A stretch of DNA of 64,000 nucleotides from Macrostomum hystrix (GCA_950097015.1 CATNEN010000001.1:5394001-5458000), one strand, 5' to 3'; counted from the first letter of the stretch, positions 46,087 through 59,414 are shown. Notes: generated by a model from the sequence alone, not told the origin. Made by a program: numbers and translations.

Positions 46087-49000
46087 ATGCCTCAGTTGAA
46101 AGTTGGCCTGCTAGCTATTCAGGGAGCTTTCATTGAGCACCGCAGTCTCCTGGCTGCGGCCGCAGAGCGGCTTCAGCTGCAGAGAAACTTTCCAGACGGC
46201 TGCTCCGTCGAAGCAGTTGAAGTGCGTCGCGGAGATCAGCTGACTGTAGATTTGGACGCACTCATTATTCCTGGCGGCGAAAGTACCACGGTGGCCAAAT
46301 TCATGCTGCAGAATGGTCTTCTTGATGCCTACAAAATCTGGTTTAATGGTAAGTTAAGAACATACTAAGCTACCTGAGGTTTGAAGTCCTCTTGAATTAA
46401 GATGCTAAATATTACTCAAAAAGCTTCTAAATAGTTTTCGAATCGTAGCTCATTGGAATTAATTTTTGTCCCTGAGCAATTGACACTTGATTCCCTTGTG
46501 TCCAGTTCACCCAACTGTTGAATGGGATAGCTATTAACTTTAACTTTTTTTTAACTTTGATTACACCTGCCCCAATCGGGCCAGATGTGCAGCCGACAGC
46601 ACAGCCGCAGCTATTGCGCGGCGCATCTGAAGGCTGCGTACAGCTGTTCAGTCCATGGACTGGGGGGACGCCACACCCACCTTCAATTATCCCAGCTGAT
46701 GCTGGTACCCATTTAACAGCTGGGTGAACTGAAGCAATGCAGAGTTAAGTGTCTTGCTAAAGGACACAAATTGTTTCAGTGGAGTCGGGAATCGAACCCC
46801 CGACCTTCAAGTCGTTAGTCCGACGCCCTAACCACTAGGCTACAACCTCTACGGGATAGCTATAAAATACGGCTGTGCTACTGGATGAGCATATGGCCCT
46901 TTGTGTGATTTCGATATATTTACCATATGCAATTATTACAAAGCATTACCTGACTGACATTGCAGAAACCAATCCGAAGGCCATTGTGTGGGGCATCTGC
47001 GCCGGCTTGATAGCTTTATCAGACAATGTTGTTGACATGAAAACTGGCGGGCAAACTTTGGTTAGTAGCTCGTACGAAATTAAACTGAAGAAGTTCACTT
47101 ATTCATGCAAACTTTATTATCCCGACGCATCTTTCATTTGGAACTTCATAATTTCATAATTAAGCTGGCCTTATAGAGCAGAGTTCAGAGTTCAGATATT
47201 CGAAACATAAAATAAACAAATATCATCCAAACAATAAGTCCATCTAGATTAGACTCCATCAACCCATCGCAGACCCAAAAAACCGCTGTAGAACCCACAA
47301 ACCCTTTGTAGAACCCACAAACCCTTTGTAGAACCCACAAACCCTTTGTAGAACCGACAAACCCTTTGTAGAACCCACAAACCCTTTGTAGAACCCACAA
47401 ACCCTTTGTAGAACCCACAAACCCTTTGTAGAACCCACAAACCCTTTGTAGAACCCACAAACCCTTTGTAGAACCCACAAACCCTTTGTAGAACCCACAA
47501 ACCCTTTGTAGAACCCACAAACCCTTTGTAGAACCCACAAACCCTTTGTAGAACCGACAAACCCTTTGTAGAACCCACAAACCCTTTGTAGAACCCACAA
47601 ACCCTTTGTAGAACCCACAAACTCATTTTTGAACCCACAAACCAATTGTAGAACCCACAAACCCACTGTAGAGTCCACAAACCCATTGTAGAACCCACAA
47701 ACCCATTGAAGAACCCACAAACTCATTTTTGAACCCACAAACCAATTGTAGAACCCACAAACCCACTGTAGAGTCCACAAACCCATTGTAGAACCCACAA
47801 ACCCATTGAAGAACCCACAAACCCATTGTAGAACCCAAAAACCTTTTTGTAGAACACACAAAACCCTTTGTATAACCCACAAACCTATTGTAGAGCCCAC
47901 AAACCCATTTTAAAACCCACAAACCAATATTAGAACCCACAAAAACATAGTTGAACCCCAAAACCCATTTATTCCTAGCAAAACCTCACAAACTCACAAA
48001 CACATCCCACAAAGTCATTGCAATATTGCATAATCCACTTCTACACGTCGCACTGTGACACAAAATATTGCATAAGAGATTGCAAAGCGCTGATTTAGTC
48101 TAATTGTGTCTCTAATTAGTGTGTTTCTAAAGTTCAACGTGCCAGCTCGTTTCTGAAAGCGTTCAGCCAGTTGCTACTGAAGCCTCGATGCGATTATCTG
48201 TTTATCGGAGCGAATCTAAATAGTCAAAAAAGATCAAAGACCAGTCCCGCCAAAGTTTAGTTATGCTTGGCAGCGATTTTTGCAACTAAAAACCTATTAA
48301 ATATTCTGAATTTCCAGAAGACTGGTTTAGTCTTCTAGTTACGTTTAGTAAGACTAGTCACTTCGTCTTAGTGTTTATCTTTTTCAGATTGTTGAATTCG
48401 AAGTCAAATAGTTGGTACTAGAAACTATCTTCAGTATATAATCTTAATTAAAACATTATATCATTTTAGTTGTTCCGACAGTGAAAAGTCAGTATAACGT
48501 TAAAGTTTACGTCACGAGTTAAAATCCAATGCTAATGTAAACGAATTAAGTAGCTAATTGGTTCACCCTGCAGTGTAACATTGAGTGTCATTAGCTTTAC
48601 AAATCGTGAAAATCATGAAAAAATATAGCGTGAAGTGGAGCAAATATTCTGATAAGAAACGTTACCAGTGGGTTTTTAAATCGGTTTATTGGTTTATAGA
48701 TGTATTTTCTTCATTGTATAATTTTGGAGTGATTATGCGGTCTACATATTTTGAATGAATGAATTCATTCTATCTTGCTAACTTGCTAAAATACCCATAA
48801 CTTTGAGCCATAGACATTCGGAGAGGGCAAAGATGATGCATTGTACACTTTTGGAGGGGTTTTTTCCCAGCCACCAATGAAGCCTGATTGTTGCACGCCT
48901 TTACTGTCTATGTCCCGAACCCCGCCAGATCCTGCGGGGTCTTACAGCCTTCCCCAAACTGAGTTCTCTTGCTGCCCCAAGTCAGGCGGTCTACTTTTGG

Positions 49001-50365
49001 ACCATAGACATTTCGGGCGTGCACCAATCGACAAAATAATCGCTACGCGCCTCGGTTAAAAACATTGCAGCACTCATAGCCGTTTATTACTATATCATTG
49101 CAGCACGCTCTGAAAAAAATAGTTGCATGCTTCCACTGTCTGTAGGTAAATGCACCCAAAATCTTGTTTGTTAAAAATGTTGACGTTTTTACTTGCAGTA
49201 GAGTGTTGATATTCTTTCGTTTATTTTTGTTTTTAACACTCAAAACACGCAGATTCGTGGCTTGGCCATAACAACAGACAGAAACTTTTACGGGCGTCAG
49301 CGAGAGAGCTTCGAATGCTCGATTGAGTTGTCGGCGCAGGAAGAATTTGAGCAATGCAGCGGTGAGCCTTTGCTTTCAATCTTAATCTACGCTCGTAAAT
49401 TCGTACTAGCTTTTAAAGCAGGGGTTGGCAAACTCCGGCCCGCGGGCCAGATGCGGCCCTCAAAGCTCCCAAATCCGGCCCGTTGCCCCTTCCAACACCT
49501 ATAGTATACAGTTTCATATTTCCCCTGTCTCATCTCTCCCGTGTGTCACCTCTCCCGTGTCTTATCTCTCCATTGTCTCGTCTGTTCCGTGTCTTGTCTC
49601 TCCTTTGTCTCACCTCTCCTGTGTCTCATCTCTCCCGTATGTCATCTCTCCCATGTCTCGTCTCTCCCGTGTCTCATCTATCCAGTGTCTTATCTCGCCA
49701 TTTGTCTCGTCTCTCCCGTACTTTATCTCTCCTTTGTCTCATCTCTCTCGTGTCTCATCTCTTCTCTCTCTCATCTCTCCTGTTTCTCATCTCCCACCTA
49801 TCTCTGATATATTTCTCTTAGATTTCTACAGTCTGCGCGGCCCGCTGTCGTCTTTTAGGTTCTCTTTTTGGCCCGCTAGCTAATAAGTTTGCCGACCCCT
49901 GTTTTAAAGCAATCAAATATGGTCAATATAAATGACACCTAGACCCGTTTGGGCAAGATTTACAGCCAGTAGCACATCTGCAACAATTGCCCGGAGCTTC
50001 AAAAGGCTGTGTACTGTTAAGTCAATGGACTTGCGGGCCCTGCAGGCAGCATCAAATTGGATAGATATATATATACATTTGTAATTAGCGATAAATCTGA
50101 AATTTTTGATCTGTGAAGAATGCACTACAATAACCTCATTATTCCAGATCCGTTTCCGGGCATATTCATCAGGGCGCCAAAGATTCTGAACATCGACAGG
50201 CCTGACGAAGTCCGGGTGTTGGCCACAGTGAGCACCTACCCAGTGGCTGTTGCCCAAGGCCGCATTTTGGCATGCAGCTTCCACCCGGAACTCACACAGG
50301 ACTGTCGTCTGCACCAGCTGCTGCTGAATATGATTCTGAAGAGCAAGGGACAAAGCCTAGATTGA
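46087..50365 (+). CDS. PDX2: PLP synthase glutaminase subunit PDX2 (SNO/PdxT)
   Basis: Exons 46087-46348, 46966-47060, 49253-49361, 50148-50365, phase-consistent. Motifs GLLAIQGAFIEH, IIPGGEST, WGICAG (catalytic Cys), RNFYGRQRESF, FIRAP, FHPEL (His/Glu of the triad). Confidence 0.96.
46535..46849 (-). mobile_element. tRNA-derived SINE (family B) with a CORE/Meta-like central domain, in PDX2 intron 1
   Basis: On - strand: A box TAGCCTAGTGG, B box GGTTCGATTCC, then TGTGTCCTTTAGCAAGACACTTAAC...CCCAGCTGTTAAATGGGTACC. Related fragments at ~11620-11770 and ~46465-46530. Confidence 0.75.
47280..47965. repeat. 20-bp minisatellite (ACCCTTTGTAGAACCCACAA)
   Basis: Tandem array in PDX2 intron 2. Confidence 0.95.
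49419..49901. mobile_element. Non-autonomous hAT-type MITE in PDX2 intron 3
   Basis: TIRs CAGGGGTTGGCAAAC / GTTTGCCGACCCCTG; 8-bp TSD TTTTAAAG (49411-49418, 49902-49909); subterminal GGCCC repeats; pyrimidine-rich satellite interior. Confidence 0.9.
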
Positions 50366-51259
50366 TATTCGTTAAGGCCAGCTAAAATAACGCTGAATTG
50401 AATAAAATGACTCAAATTTTATGCCTTCTGAGTATGTTTGCTTCAAAAACATCATCTTTTAGTTCGCTTTCATTAGCTTTTATTAGCGAGGTAGTCTTTC
50501 ATTTAAAGACTGACTACCTCATCCTTAACTAATACATCTCGTGATTTCTTCAAAGCATGTTAATCTACCTGATTTTCTTTACAGTACATCGACGTGAAAT
50601 GTTGCTTGAGTCCAAAAAGATTAAGTATTTAATCGTTCCTAAAACTTTGATATTCACTTCATATTCATATGCCATTCTAATATATCTATCTATCTGTTAT
50701 GTGGCAATATACAAGAAATATAGTTTTTCTTGTTTGAATATCAGTAAAAATTACCAAAATTTAAAGAAAAAAAGTAAAAATAACACATAGAGAATTAGTA
50801 AGCATCGATTTTGAGCATATACTCGTAATCAAATTCAGAAGCAGGGACCGTGTTTTTCTAACTAATATTAAAGAGAATATATACTTGATTTAACAAAACC
50901 TGCAGTGTTTAACCTGGATGTGGACATTACCAGATTTTCCTTCCCATTGGGATTAAACCACTTAACTAAATTTGGTTCACAGCAAAGATCGACAGGTAAG
51001 CCCATGCAGTGCAAACGGCATGCTTCAGAAAGGTAATTTAGTTGCAATCAGCAGCCGAAATTGATATTTTTCGCGTCAATGCACAGATAGAATTATTTTA
51101 CACAAAGCGACACATCCAAAACAATGACATTCTTATTAAATTCTACTCAACCGGATGATTCAAACACAGAGGAGTTCTTTTCGTATAAATAAGGTCGCTT
51201 TACAAAGATCCACTGCACCGATATTCGAGCCTCATCGAGAAGAAGAAATCTCATTAACG

Positions 51260-54200
51260 ATGAGCAGCAGAAACGTGACTGCAACAACCATCACTGCTCA
51301 AATTGTTCTGCCCGACTGGGACATTCATGCCCGAGTTGTGCCACTGACCGTCCTTCTGGTATTGCTCATCTTCATCATCGTCTTCGGCAACAGTCTGGTA
51401 GTTCTTGCTGTGTTCTATGAGAGGCGGCTTCGCCTCCCCGGCAACTACTATGTGGTGAGTTTAGCAGTCTCGGACCTCGCCATCGGTCTGGCCGTTGTTC
51501 CAGTATCGGCCCTGTACGAAATCGCGACCCGCTGGCTTCTAGGCGGAGCTCTGTGTCGCATGTGGATAAGCGCTGACATCACCTGCTGCACCGCCTCAAT
51601 CATCAACCTGTGCGCTATCAGCTTTGATCGTTATCGAGCTTTATCTCAGCCAATGCTTTATCCGCAGTACTCAACCGCTAAACGGTCGTGTCTCACCATA
51701 GCTGGAATTTGGATTGCCTCGCTAGCCATCAGCGCACCAACTCTCTTTGGCGTGGCAATCGAACGCAACGCATCAAACCAGTGCCGGCTAGCTAAACGAT
51801 CACCATTTGTTGTGTTCTCAGCTTGCGGCAGTTTCTTCATTCCGCTGTGCATTATGCTGATCCTGTATCGCTGGATATTCAAAATTGCCGACAAGCAGAG
51901 AAAGAAGATCCAGCGCGGACAGTCGGTGGGTTTTAGCAACCTAGCCAACGAGCTCTATGCGAACAGCGGCTCCGAGATGTCTTTGAGCCACAGTCCGGGC
52001 CTGCAATCCTCCGGTAGGCCGCTGCTTTTGAGACAGCAACAGCAGCATCCTAATCGGCCGCATAATTTGCCGGCTTTGATTTTGCAACGTGACTCGTGCG
52101 CCAGCTTCACTGGTATTGGTGTGCCCGCCTTCAAGAGTTCGCCGAAGGGATCTGTGTCGTCTGGTAAGTTTCTTATGTAGTCAAGAAGTCTTGGAATTAA
52201 AACTTGAAATGACGCTTATATTTAAACTGTAGTGGAAACATAAAATATAATTTCTCAGGCGACAGCATCGCCATCGCTTCTTCGTCACACGCCGCTGCCA
52301 TTGCTCAACAGCAAAGGCAAGGCGGTCGACGACCTAAAATGATGGCCAAGAATCCAGTGGCACAAAGACTTCGACGCCTTGGCTCTCACACGAAAGCTGC
52401 GAAGACACTGGGCATTGTAGTCGGAGCATTCGTCTTTTGCTGGGGTCCGTTCTTCTTCACCTATCTGCTTCATGGCGTGTGCCATTCCTGCAATGTGCCC
52501 GACACCCTAGTGAAGTACTTCGTGTGGCTAGGCTACTGCAACAGTTTCCTGAATCCAATTATCTATCCTTGTTTAAACAAAGACTTCCGACGAGCATTCA
52601 AAAAGCTGCTTACTCGACACTATTGTCGGCGGAAATCACTAGATTATTGGAATAGTCGAAGACAGTCTGTGACGCAGCTAATAAAAGCGTCGAGACATCT
52701 AAGGATTAGCATTCAGGTGAGCCGTTTTTGAGAAAGAAAATCCGCTTATGAAAAGAGTGATTTAAAATCATTCTTGGAACAGTCTGTCTCAATATGCATC
52801 CTAAAAACTACAGGACACCAACTACACCGGCTCTTCTGGAACTCCACCTGAGTCGCCCTACAGTTCAAGCCGATCTCCCAGCTTCTTCTCAAGCCGATCC
52901 GGCTCGTTTTTGTCCCCGATGGACGCGTTGAAGCGATCGCGCGCCGATAGTCGACAGTCCTCGGAGGATGATGGCGCCTCGGCCTATCAGGAACTGCTGC
53001 CCGGCGGCCATTCAGCTTCGTGGAGGCGTCGGTTAAGCAGTCGACGCTCTAGCAGTCGACGCTTCTCCTTTTTGTCCTCTTCAAGCGGATACACATGCAA
53101 TCGAACGGATCAGCGCTTGTCATGTGCCTCTACGGATACAAGGTTCGAAAAAAGTGATTGGAAATCTCCCTTTTTTAAGTCTAGCTCCTCTTTTATACCA
53201 TGACACTCAAAAATTCACAGGTCGACAGACATGACAGACAGGGTGGATGGAGGATTGGGCTCGGCAGCGGCAGCCGCAGCGGCCACTGCCGCAGCAACAT
53301 CTTCCAACCTCGGCGGTGGCGGCTGCAGCATCGACGGAAAGGAAACTAGCTCCAACCTGTACTTTCATCATCATCAGTTTCATCGCAGACAGAGCAGCCT
53401 AAAGATGGCTCAGAAGAAACCACAGCAGCAGCAGTACTATCCGTCATCTTCGGGCGCAGCATCAACAAGCGCCTTTCAGCATCAACTGCAGCATCAGCAT
53501 CAGCAACACCAGAATCGCCATCAGATGGAAGATCCAGACGCTATTGTTTGCGAAGAGGATGACCTAGAAAGTCAGCAACAACAACAGCAGGAGCAGCAGC
53601 AGCCTAAAAAACGAAAATCTCGCACAAACAGCCTGCCGGCAATTTTTGAGAAGATCGAAGTGAAACTCTGGCAACGTAGGCGCACGCGAAAGTCGAAAAA
53701 GATTCGAGACTGGCTCGCCAACGATCAGTCTTCAGTCGGTGTCACTGATACGACAGACACTGTCACGGGAGTCAGCAGTTCGGACTCATTTGAAGACTCC
53801 GGACCGCTCGTGGGATCGCGCAAGAAAGAATCGGCATTGTTTCATCATCCGATCAGGCAGGCGAATCACCCATCGTGCGGCATGACTCGCCGCAACACGG
53901 TCAGTGGAAATCGCCCAGAGACGCATCGCAGGCCGAGCCTGCTAGTGAACGATACCCTGATTGATTTCAACAATAGTCAGGACCATCGGCTAAGCATCTA
54001 CACGATTGAGGAGAGTCCACGCCGAGAGAGTGGCTCTTCCTGTAGTGGTTTTAGCTTCTCCAGAACTAGCGGCTTTCGACTGGACAAAGCGGCCGCTTCA
54101 TCCACCAGTGGCGTTGGCGGCGCTGGCAGTAGCGGCGGCTGCTTCGAACGCGAAGGCAGCGAAGTGTCGCAGGGCTCTCAGGGCGACGGCAGCGGACAGA

Positions 54201-54652
54201 CAAGTCCACGATGTGGACGGGCGGCCAAGCGCGAGTCGCTAACCGTGGAGTCCGTGTGGAGCCGCATTAACAAGCCGCGACCAAGCGCTGACTCTAGCAA
54301 TTCTTCAGCGAACGGACACGAGAGGACACCCAGTCCATCGCAGAGCGTCATCAGCCAGTGCAGCGGTTTTGGTCTCGAGCATCTTTACAGCGGCAGCGGC
54401 GGCAGCGGGGGCGTCTGCGGTAACGGCGGCAATGGCGGGGGAAGCGGCTGCGGCGGTGGTTTCGGAGGATTCAACAGTTTCAACAGTAGTCCGCCAGCTA
54501 GCAGCAAAGCCAGCGCCGTTGTAGAGTATGCTGACGGCGCAACGCAAACGGACGGGTCTGCGGAGCCTGCGTCAGCTGCGGAAGAAGCAACCGAGTCTCC
54601 TACGGTGGCACCTCCTGTTTGTTATTTTGTGTATGAGGAGTCTTATGTATAA
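51260..54652 (+). CDS. Aminergic class A GPCR, most like alpha-type octopamine (OAMB) / alpha1-adrenergic receptors, with a long C-tail
   Basis: Exons 51260-52163, 52259-52716, 52814-53142, 53221-54652, phase-consistent. Motifs GN (TM1), SLAVSD, TM3 Asp ([10 protein letters not shown]), [29 protein letters not shown]; ends ESYV. Confidence 0.9.
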
Positions 54653-55525
54653 ATCTAAACTTCTCTATGCTTGCTGAGGAAAAATACGAAATTGTTCCCG
54701 AGTTACGGATTCCGAAGCTGCATTGTTTCCGGAATGTAAATATTTTTTTTCTGTTCAAATTAAAGATAGGCAGCCTGAAGACAAGACAGACAGATCTGCA
54801 AGCATATTTCTATGACAATTTTACTTGCTTTAATCGCACATTTGAATTTTTAATCGGATACCCTACCATTTTTGTCCTGAGCAATAAAAAGCAAAAAAAT
54901 CTGACAAACAGACTTCATTCATTAAAAAAAACTGCATGTTCCCATATTACTACTTATAATGACTGAACTTTTCAGCAAACTTTGAAGCACTTTTTTGCTT
55001 GCGCGAATTTAGTAAAGAGAAGTAAACATACTTATTTATAGGTTTTCATTTTTTAGGTCACGATGATTTTATCGAGACTCAGCTTGCGATGACTGCTTAT
55101 CGAAGGCGAAATAGACTCGTAATTAATGTGTGAACATATTTCCGCAAGCCAAATAACTGCACCCTATTATTAGACATCATAAATTATCGTAAACTGGCTG
55201 ACGATTTATAGTTTCGATTTTAGCTTTTCGTAACTAAAAAAAAATCTAGAATGCTTAATATTATCTTTCTAACGTGACCATTAGCCCGGATCGATGCATC
55301 CGGTTATGTTCTGCGGAGATAGGCAAGAGAATTGTCCAGGCTGAGATATCCCCCAAGCTTATAGAATTTCAGTATTAAAATCGGATTAAGTCCAGAAGTG
55401 CAATCCTACTGCTAGGATCGCAAAGCGAGATAACTGCGGTGAGGGAAGGGAAAGCAAAGTTGAGAATTTAAGAAACTGCTATGAAATAATGATTATATTG
55501 ATACTATTTGCATAAGGTGGATTTA

Positions 55526-55891
55526 ATAATAGTAATAATAATTACAAGAGGGCTGCGGGCAATGGTACATCGTTTTAGTGACATTAGACCCGCAGCCAGC
55601 GAGGAGGCAATTCTGCCCATTTCACTGACTCCTGAGCACACACGCACACAGATACTGTACGCAGGCATATGCTCACACAGGTGTGTACATCTGTCCTGAC
55701 ATTCTTATTGTCAGGCAGTGTAAATTTCACTGTGCCTTGGAGGTTGGCCAATCAAGGGCGTAAATTGCACGACAAGCCCCCAAGCCTTCTCTCCGCGGCT
55801 GCGCCCCAAATAAATGTGGCCTCTCCGTGGAATCGAACTTAGGGACCATGGTGCGAGATGCAAACGCGATAACCGCTCTGCCACCGACCCC
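55526..55891 (-). mobile_element. Full-length tRNA-derived SINE (family A)
   Basis: On - strand: head GGGGGTCGGTGGCAGAGCGGTT (A box) and GTTCGATTCC (B box); (TTA)n-like tail; 15-bp TSD CATAAGGTGGATTTA at 55511-55525 and 55892-55906. Confidence 0.9.
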
Positions 55892-56946
55892 CATAAGGTG
55901 GATTTAGACTGCGTTAGAATACGTACAAAAGATCTTTTGCTGTCAAGTGTGCTCTAAAAACGCCCGTTTTAGTGTTGTTTTAATCCTGCGAGCGAATGTT
56001 TCATTGTTTTGCCACTTCATTCACTTTTCAAGTAGACCAACTAGGGAATAAATTGCTTTTGTCGTGCTGACTTAAAAATGACATCTAAAGTTAAAATCAC
56101 AGAATACAGAATACAAAATCACAGAATGTGGTTTAAAACTTATCAATAGAGATAATTTAGGCCATAGACAGCACGTGAATTTCTGACTGGATTCGCCAGT
56201 CTCTCATCCGAGTTTCTCGGTCAGAAAAGATGCGTGCTGTCTATGGCCCAACAAAATTTTATTATACACGATTACAATTCAAAATTTGCATGTTATTTGT
56301 TTATTTAACATAAAAAGCAGTCTATCAGGCTAGAATACTTCATGTGACTAAGTTATTGTTTTTTATATATTAGTTGTTTCCATGGCTCTTATGAATTACG
56401 AGTATGTCGTGCTTTTGACCCAGGTTATGCAGTTATCAACAAGTATTTGTTTCTAAACTACTGACTTGTTTCCATCTGCAAGGGAATGATAGAAAATTAT
56501 TCTTTTGAATTTCTAAGCCGCAGAGTATGATGGGACAGCCAATCAGAATCGTTGGCTTAAAGCTCTGAGGTAGTGGGTGGCCAAACTTTGCTCACACGCT
56601 TTACTCCAAGTCTTCCAATTGGAGTGCTGTCTACTCTGGCCTTGCATTGAAACTCTCTCGACCAATGTCATCAGTTTCTTGAGGTCTCTATCTGTCCATT
56701 TACCTTCTGTCCAAAGCTTGGTAAGCATATCATCAAGAATTCAATTCCTTGAAGAGGATCTAACACTCTTAATTAAGAAAGAAAAACACACTTCTTTGTT
56801 CATTTTACGCAGCGACGCGGCATCAATAAAAGTTCTTCCTGCAGTTAGTCAGCAAGTCCGAAAACTATTTCACGTTTTTGGCTTCACAAGTAAGCCAAGG
56901 AGTATTTATAGAGGCATAGTTTCAAAAGAATCGTCTAGCAGAAATC

Positions 56947-57480
56947 ATGCTTAAGCAGCTAATACTGTCAGCTGTTTTGCTACTGTCCTTACCGACAATG
57001 GCATCAGTGAGTCAGTCGAGCGAACTAGATCCACAACAGCAGCAGCCGCAGCAGCAGCCGCAGCAGCAGCACCAGCTACGCATGAACATCACTGGCGATG
57101 TACTTCTAGGCGGCCTGTTTCCTATTCACGAATCGGGCCCAGCCGATGGTCCCCGATGCGGCAAAATCAGTGAGAACCGCGGCATTCAGCGCATGGAGGC
57201 CATGGTCTACGCTCTAAGATTGGTCAACGTCAGGCGAAGACAGCTGGGCATGCCATTGTTGGGCGCTAAACTTCTGGATACTTGCACCAGAGACACGTAC
57301 GCTCTGGAGCAGAGCATGGATTTTGTCACCGATCACCTCAGCTCGTTGGATGCCTCGTACGAGTTTCATTGCCCGCAGTCGGCAGCACGAATGAAAGCTC
57401 GACAGCCAGTGGCGGGCGTCATTGGAGCGGCCGACTCGTCCGTCAGTATTATGATCGCCAACATTCTGCGGCTGTTCAAG
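56947..57480 (+). CDS. Metabotropic glutamate receptor (class C GPCR), exon 1; the rest is presumably beyond the window
   Basis: Signal peptide; GDVLLGGLFPIH, RGIQRMEAM, LDTCTRDTYALEQS, GVIGAADSSVSIMIANILRLFK; donor AAG|GTAAGA at 57480/57481. Confidence 0.92.
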
Positions 57481-59414
57481 GTAAGAAAATCTGGTTGCGT
57501 TTTTTGTGTGTTGTGTTCTGCAGAAAACAAAACTGCATACCATCGAGTGCCACCATCGAGTGCCATGTGCTCAAGGCAAGTCTGACCATTCCGCTGAGCA
57601 CATTCCAGTGCCCAGATACCGAACGCAGGTACACACTCACAAGTCACCAAGCCTGTTCTTCGCGGCTGCGTCCCCGAATGAACGCGGCTTCGTCGCAGAA
57701 TCGAGATCAGCAAACTTTGTGCGAGAGTCAAACACTATTTTACGAAAAGTACTATTCTTTATAAAGATAATGCATTGCTGATACCGCCAAATAAAAATAA
57801 ATTTTCTAATAGTCGCCTCAGAGAGATAAGTCATTGAAAGGATCATGTCATCTAGATTTCTGTCATTATAATGCAGTTATTAAAAGCTTTGACATCATCA
57901 ACAGGCTAATAGCGTTGTCATCGAGTGCTTCAATTGTCATCATCGAGAAAAATTTGTGACAGTTGGAAAAAATAGTCGCTGCTATTACGCTCGTATGTTT
58001 TGATTTCCAAGTAAAAATTTGCCCAGTCAACCAGAAGTGTACATGTCTTCATCTAACCCTTTACAACATAAACGGGTTAGTTTATCTGGTCACGTGCCAT
58101 GACTTACGAGGAGTTGCCTAAAAAGAACTTTGCCCTGTTACTACAAAGATCGATGGTCGTATAGATTACTACTGATACTAGCTGGATTTGAATAGCATTT
58201 CTCAGTAATGCTTCTAAATTACGCTGACACACGTGAGGCCTATACTGTTAGATTGGCTTACATAGGAGCAAAAAACCGCAGAATAGGAAAAAAACGGCTG
58301 GTAGAGATTGCTTTCAGACAGCCGACTATAGGTTAGGCTTGAGCTTAGGCATCGAATTGAGCAAGTAGCTTGCAGCTAAATGTGAACCCCGCCCAAAATG
58401 CTATCACGGATGGACAAGCCAAGCCCATGCCCACCCGTGTGAGGTGTCTCCTCCTAACTGACTAGCAAGGCTTTTAAACCACAATGTAGTATAGAATACG
58501 ACCTGGCATGTCATGAAGCAAGGTAATGCAGATCTAAACTGCCATTTTATCCCCAGCTATCTACTATAGCATTCTTGCGTCTCAATACTTCCAAGTTGCA
58601 CTTTGTTCATTCCAATTTCAGCTTGTATTTTTCGCTCTCTATAATCTCTTAAATAGCCTGTTTAATTCACTGTGGCGTTCGATGATGAGACAAAAAGGTT
58701 GACCAAATCACAAAACATAATGAGAGGGGCAAAATAACAGATTAATAGTGTATTTGTGTAGGGCTGCATAGCAAAATAGTTACCGTCTAAACGAGCATAC
58801 GAGCCACAGTAAGTCCTCATATCGGCGACCACGCCCCTGCAGAGAATTTAGCAAGTTCGGAAAATAGCCCACGCCTAATTCTAGAATTTAAAAAGAAAAA
58901 TTCGAAATTAAAAAAAATCTCGCACTTTAGCTACACTAATTGGATAACTAAACGTGCTAGCAACTTTTGCTAAAATAGATACACTAGACTAGCTTTAAAC
59001 AAACCTTTTCCCAATTAATCTGAAGTTGATGAAGCGTTGGCCAGAGCTGATTTGGAGGCATGAGAGGGGAGAGTGGACACTGAATTTAAACACTGCACTT
59101 GCACACGACGAAGGGCAACAGGGGATTTTCAGATTGAATTCAATTCTACAACTTTCAGTGGTCCACTGTGTTTGCACTTCCCAACAGACCCGGTCTAAAC
59201 CACTCTAGACTGAAGCTAATAGCAGCGAGTGCTCTCATAAATAACCAGACTGTCTGTTTAGAGTTAGCAAATAGTTTGCCGAGTGCTATTAGACTTCAGA
59301 ATTACTTGAAATCTATTATAGCTAGCTCTAATAGCTATAATAGCTATAATATAGCTAGCTAGCAGGGAGACAGCAGACTCAAGATACAAAAAGTGAGAGG
59401 CTGAAAGACAGGAA

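Noticed and set aside
46775-46849. tRNA gene
   Set aside because: A and B boxes are present, but the acceptor stem is poor and it runs straight into a SINE body and tail.
43713-50365. Bacterial contamination as the source of PDX1/PDX2
   Set aside because: Both genes have GT-AG introns containing repeat families found elsewhere in this window.
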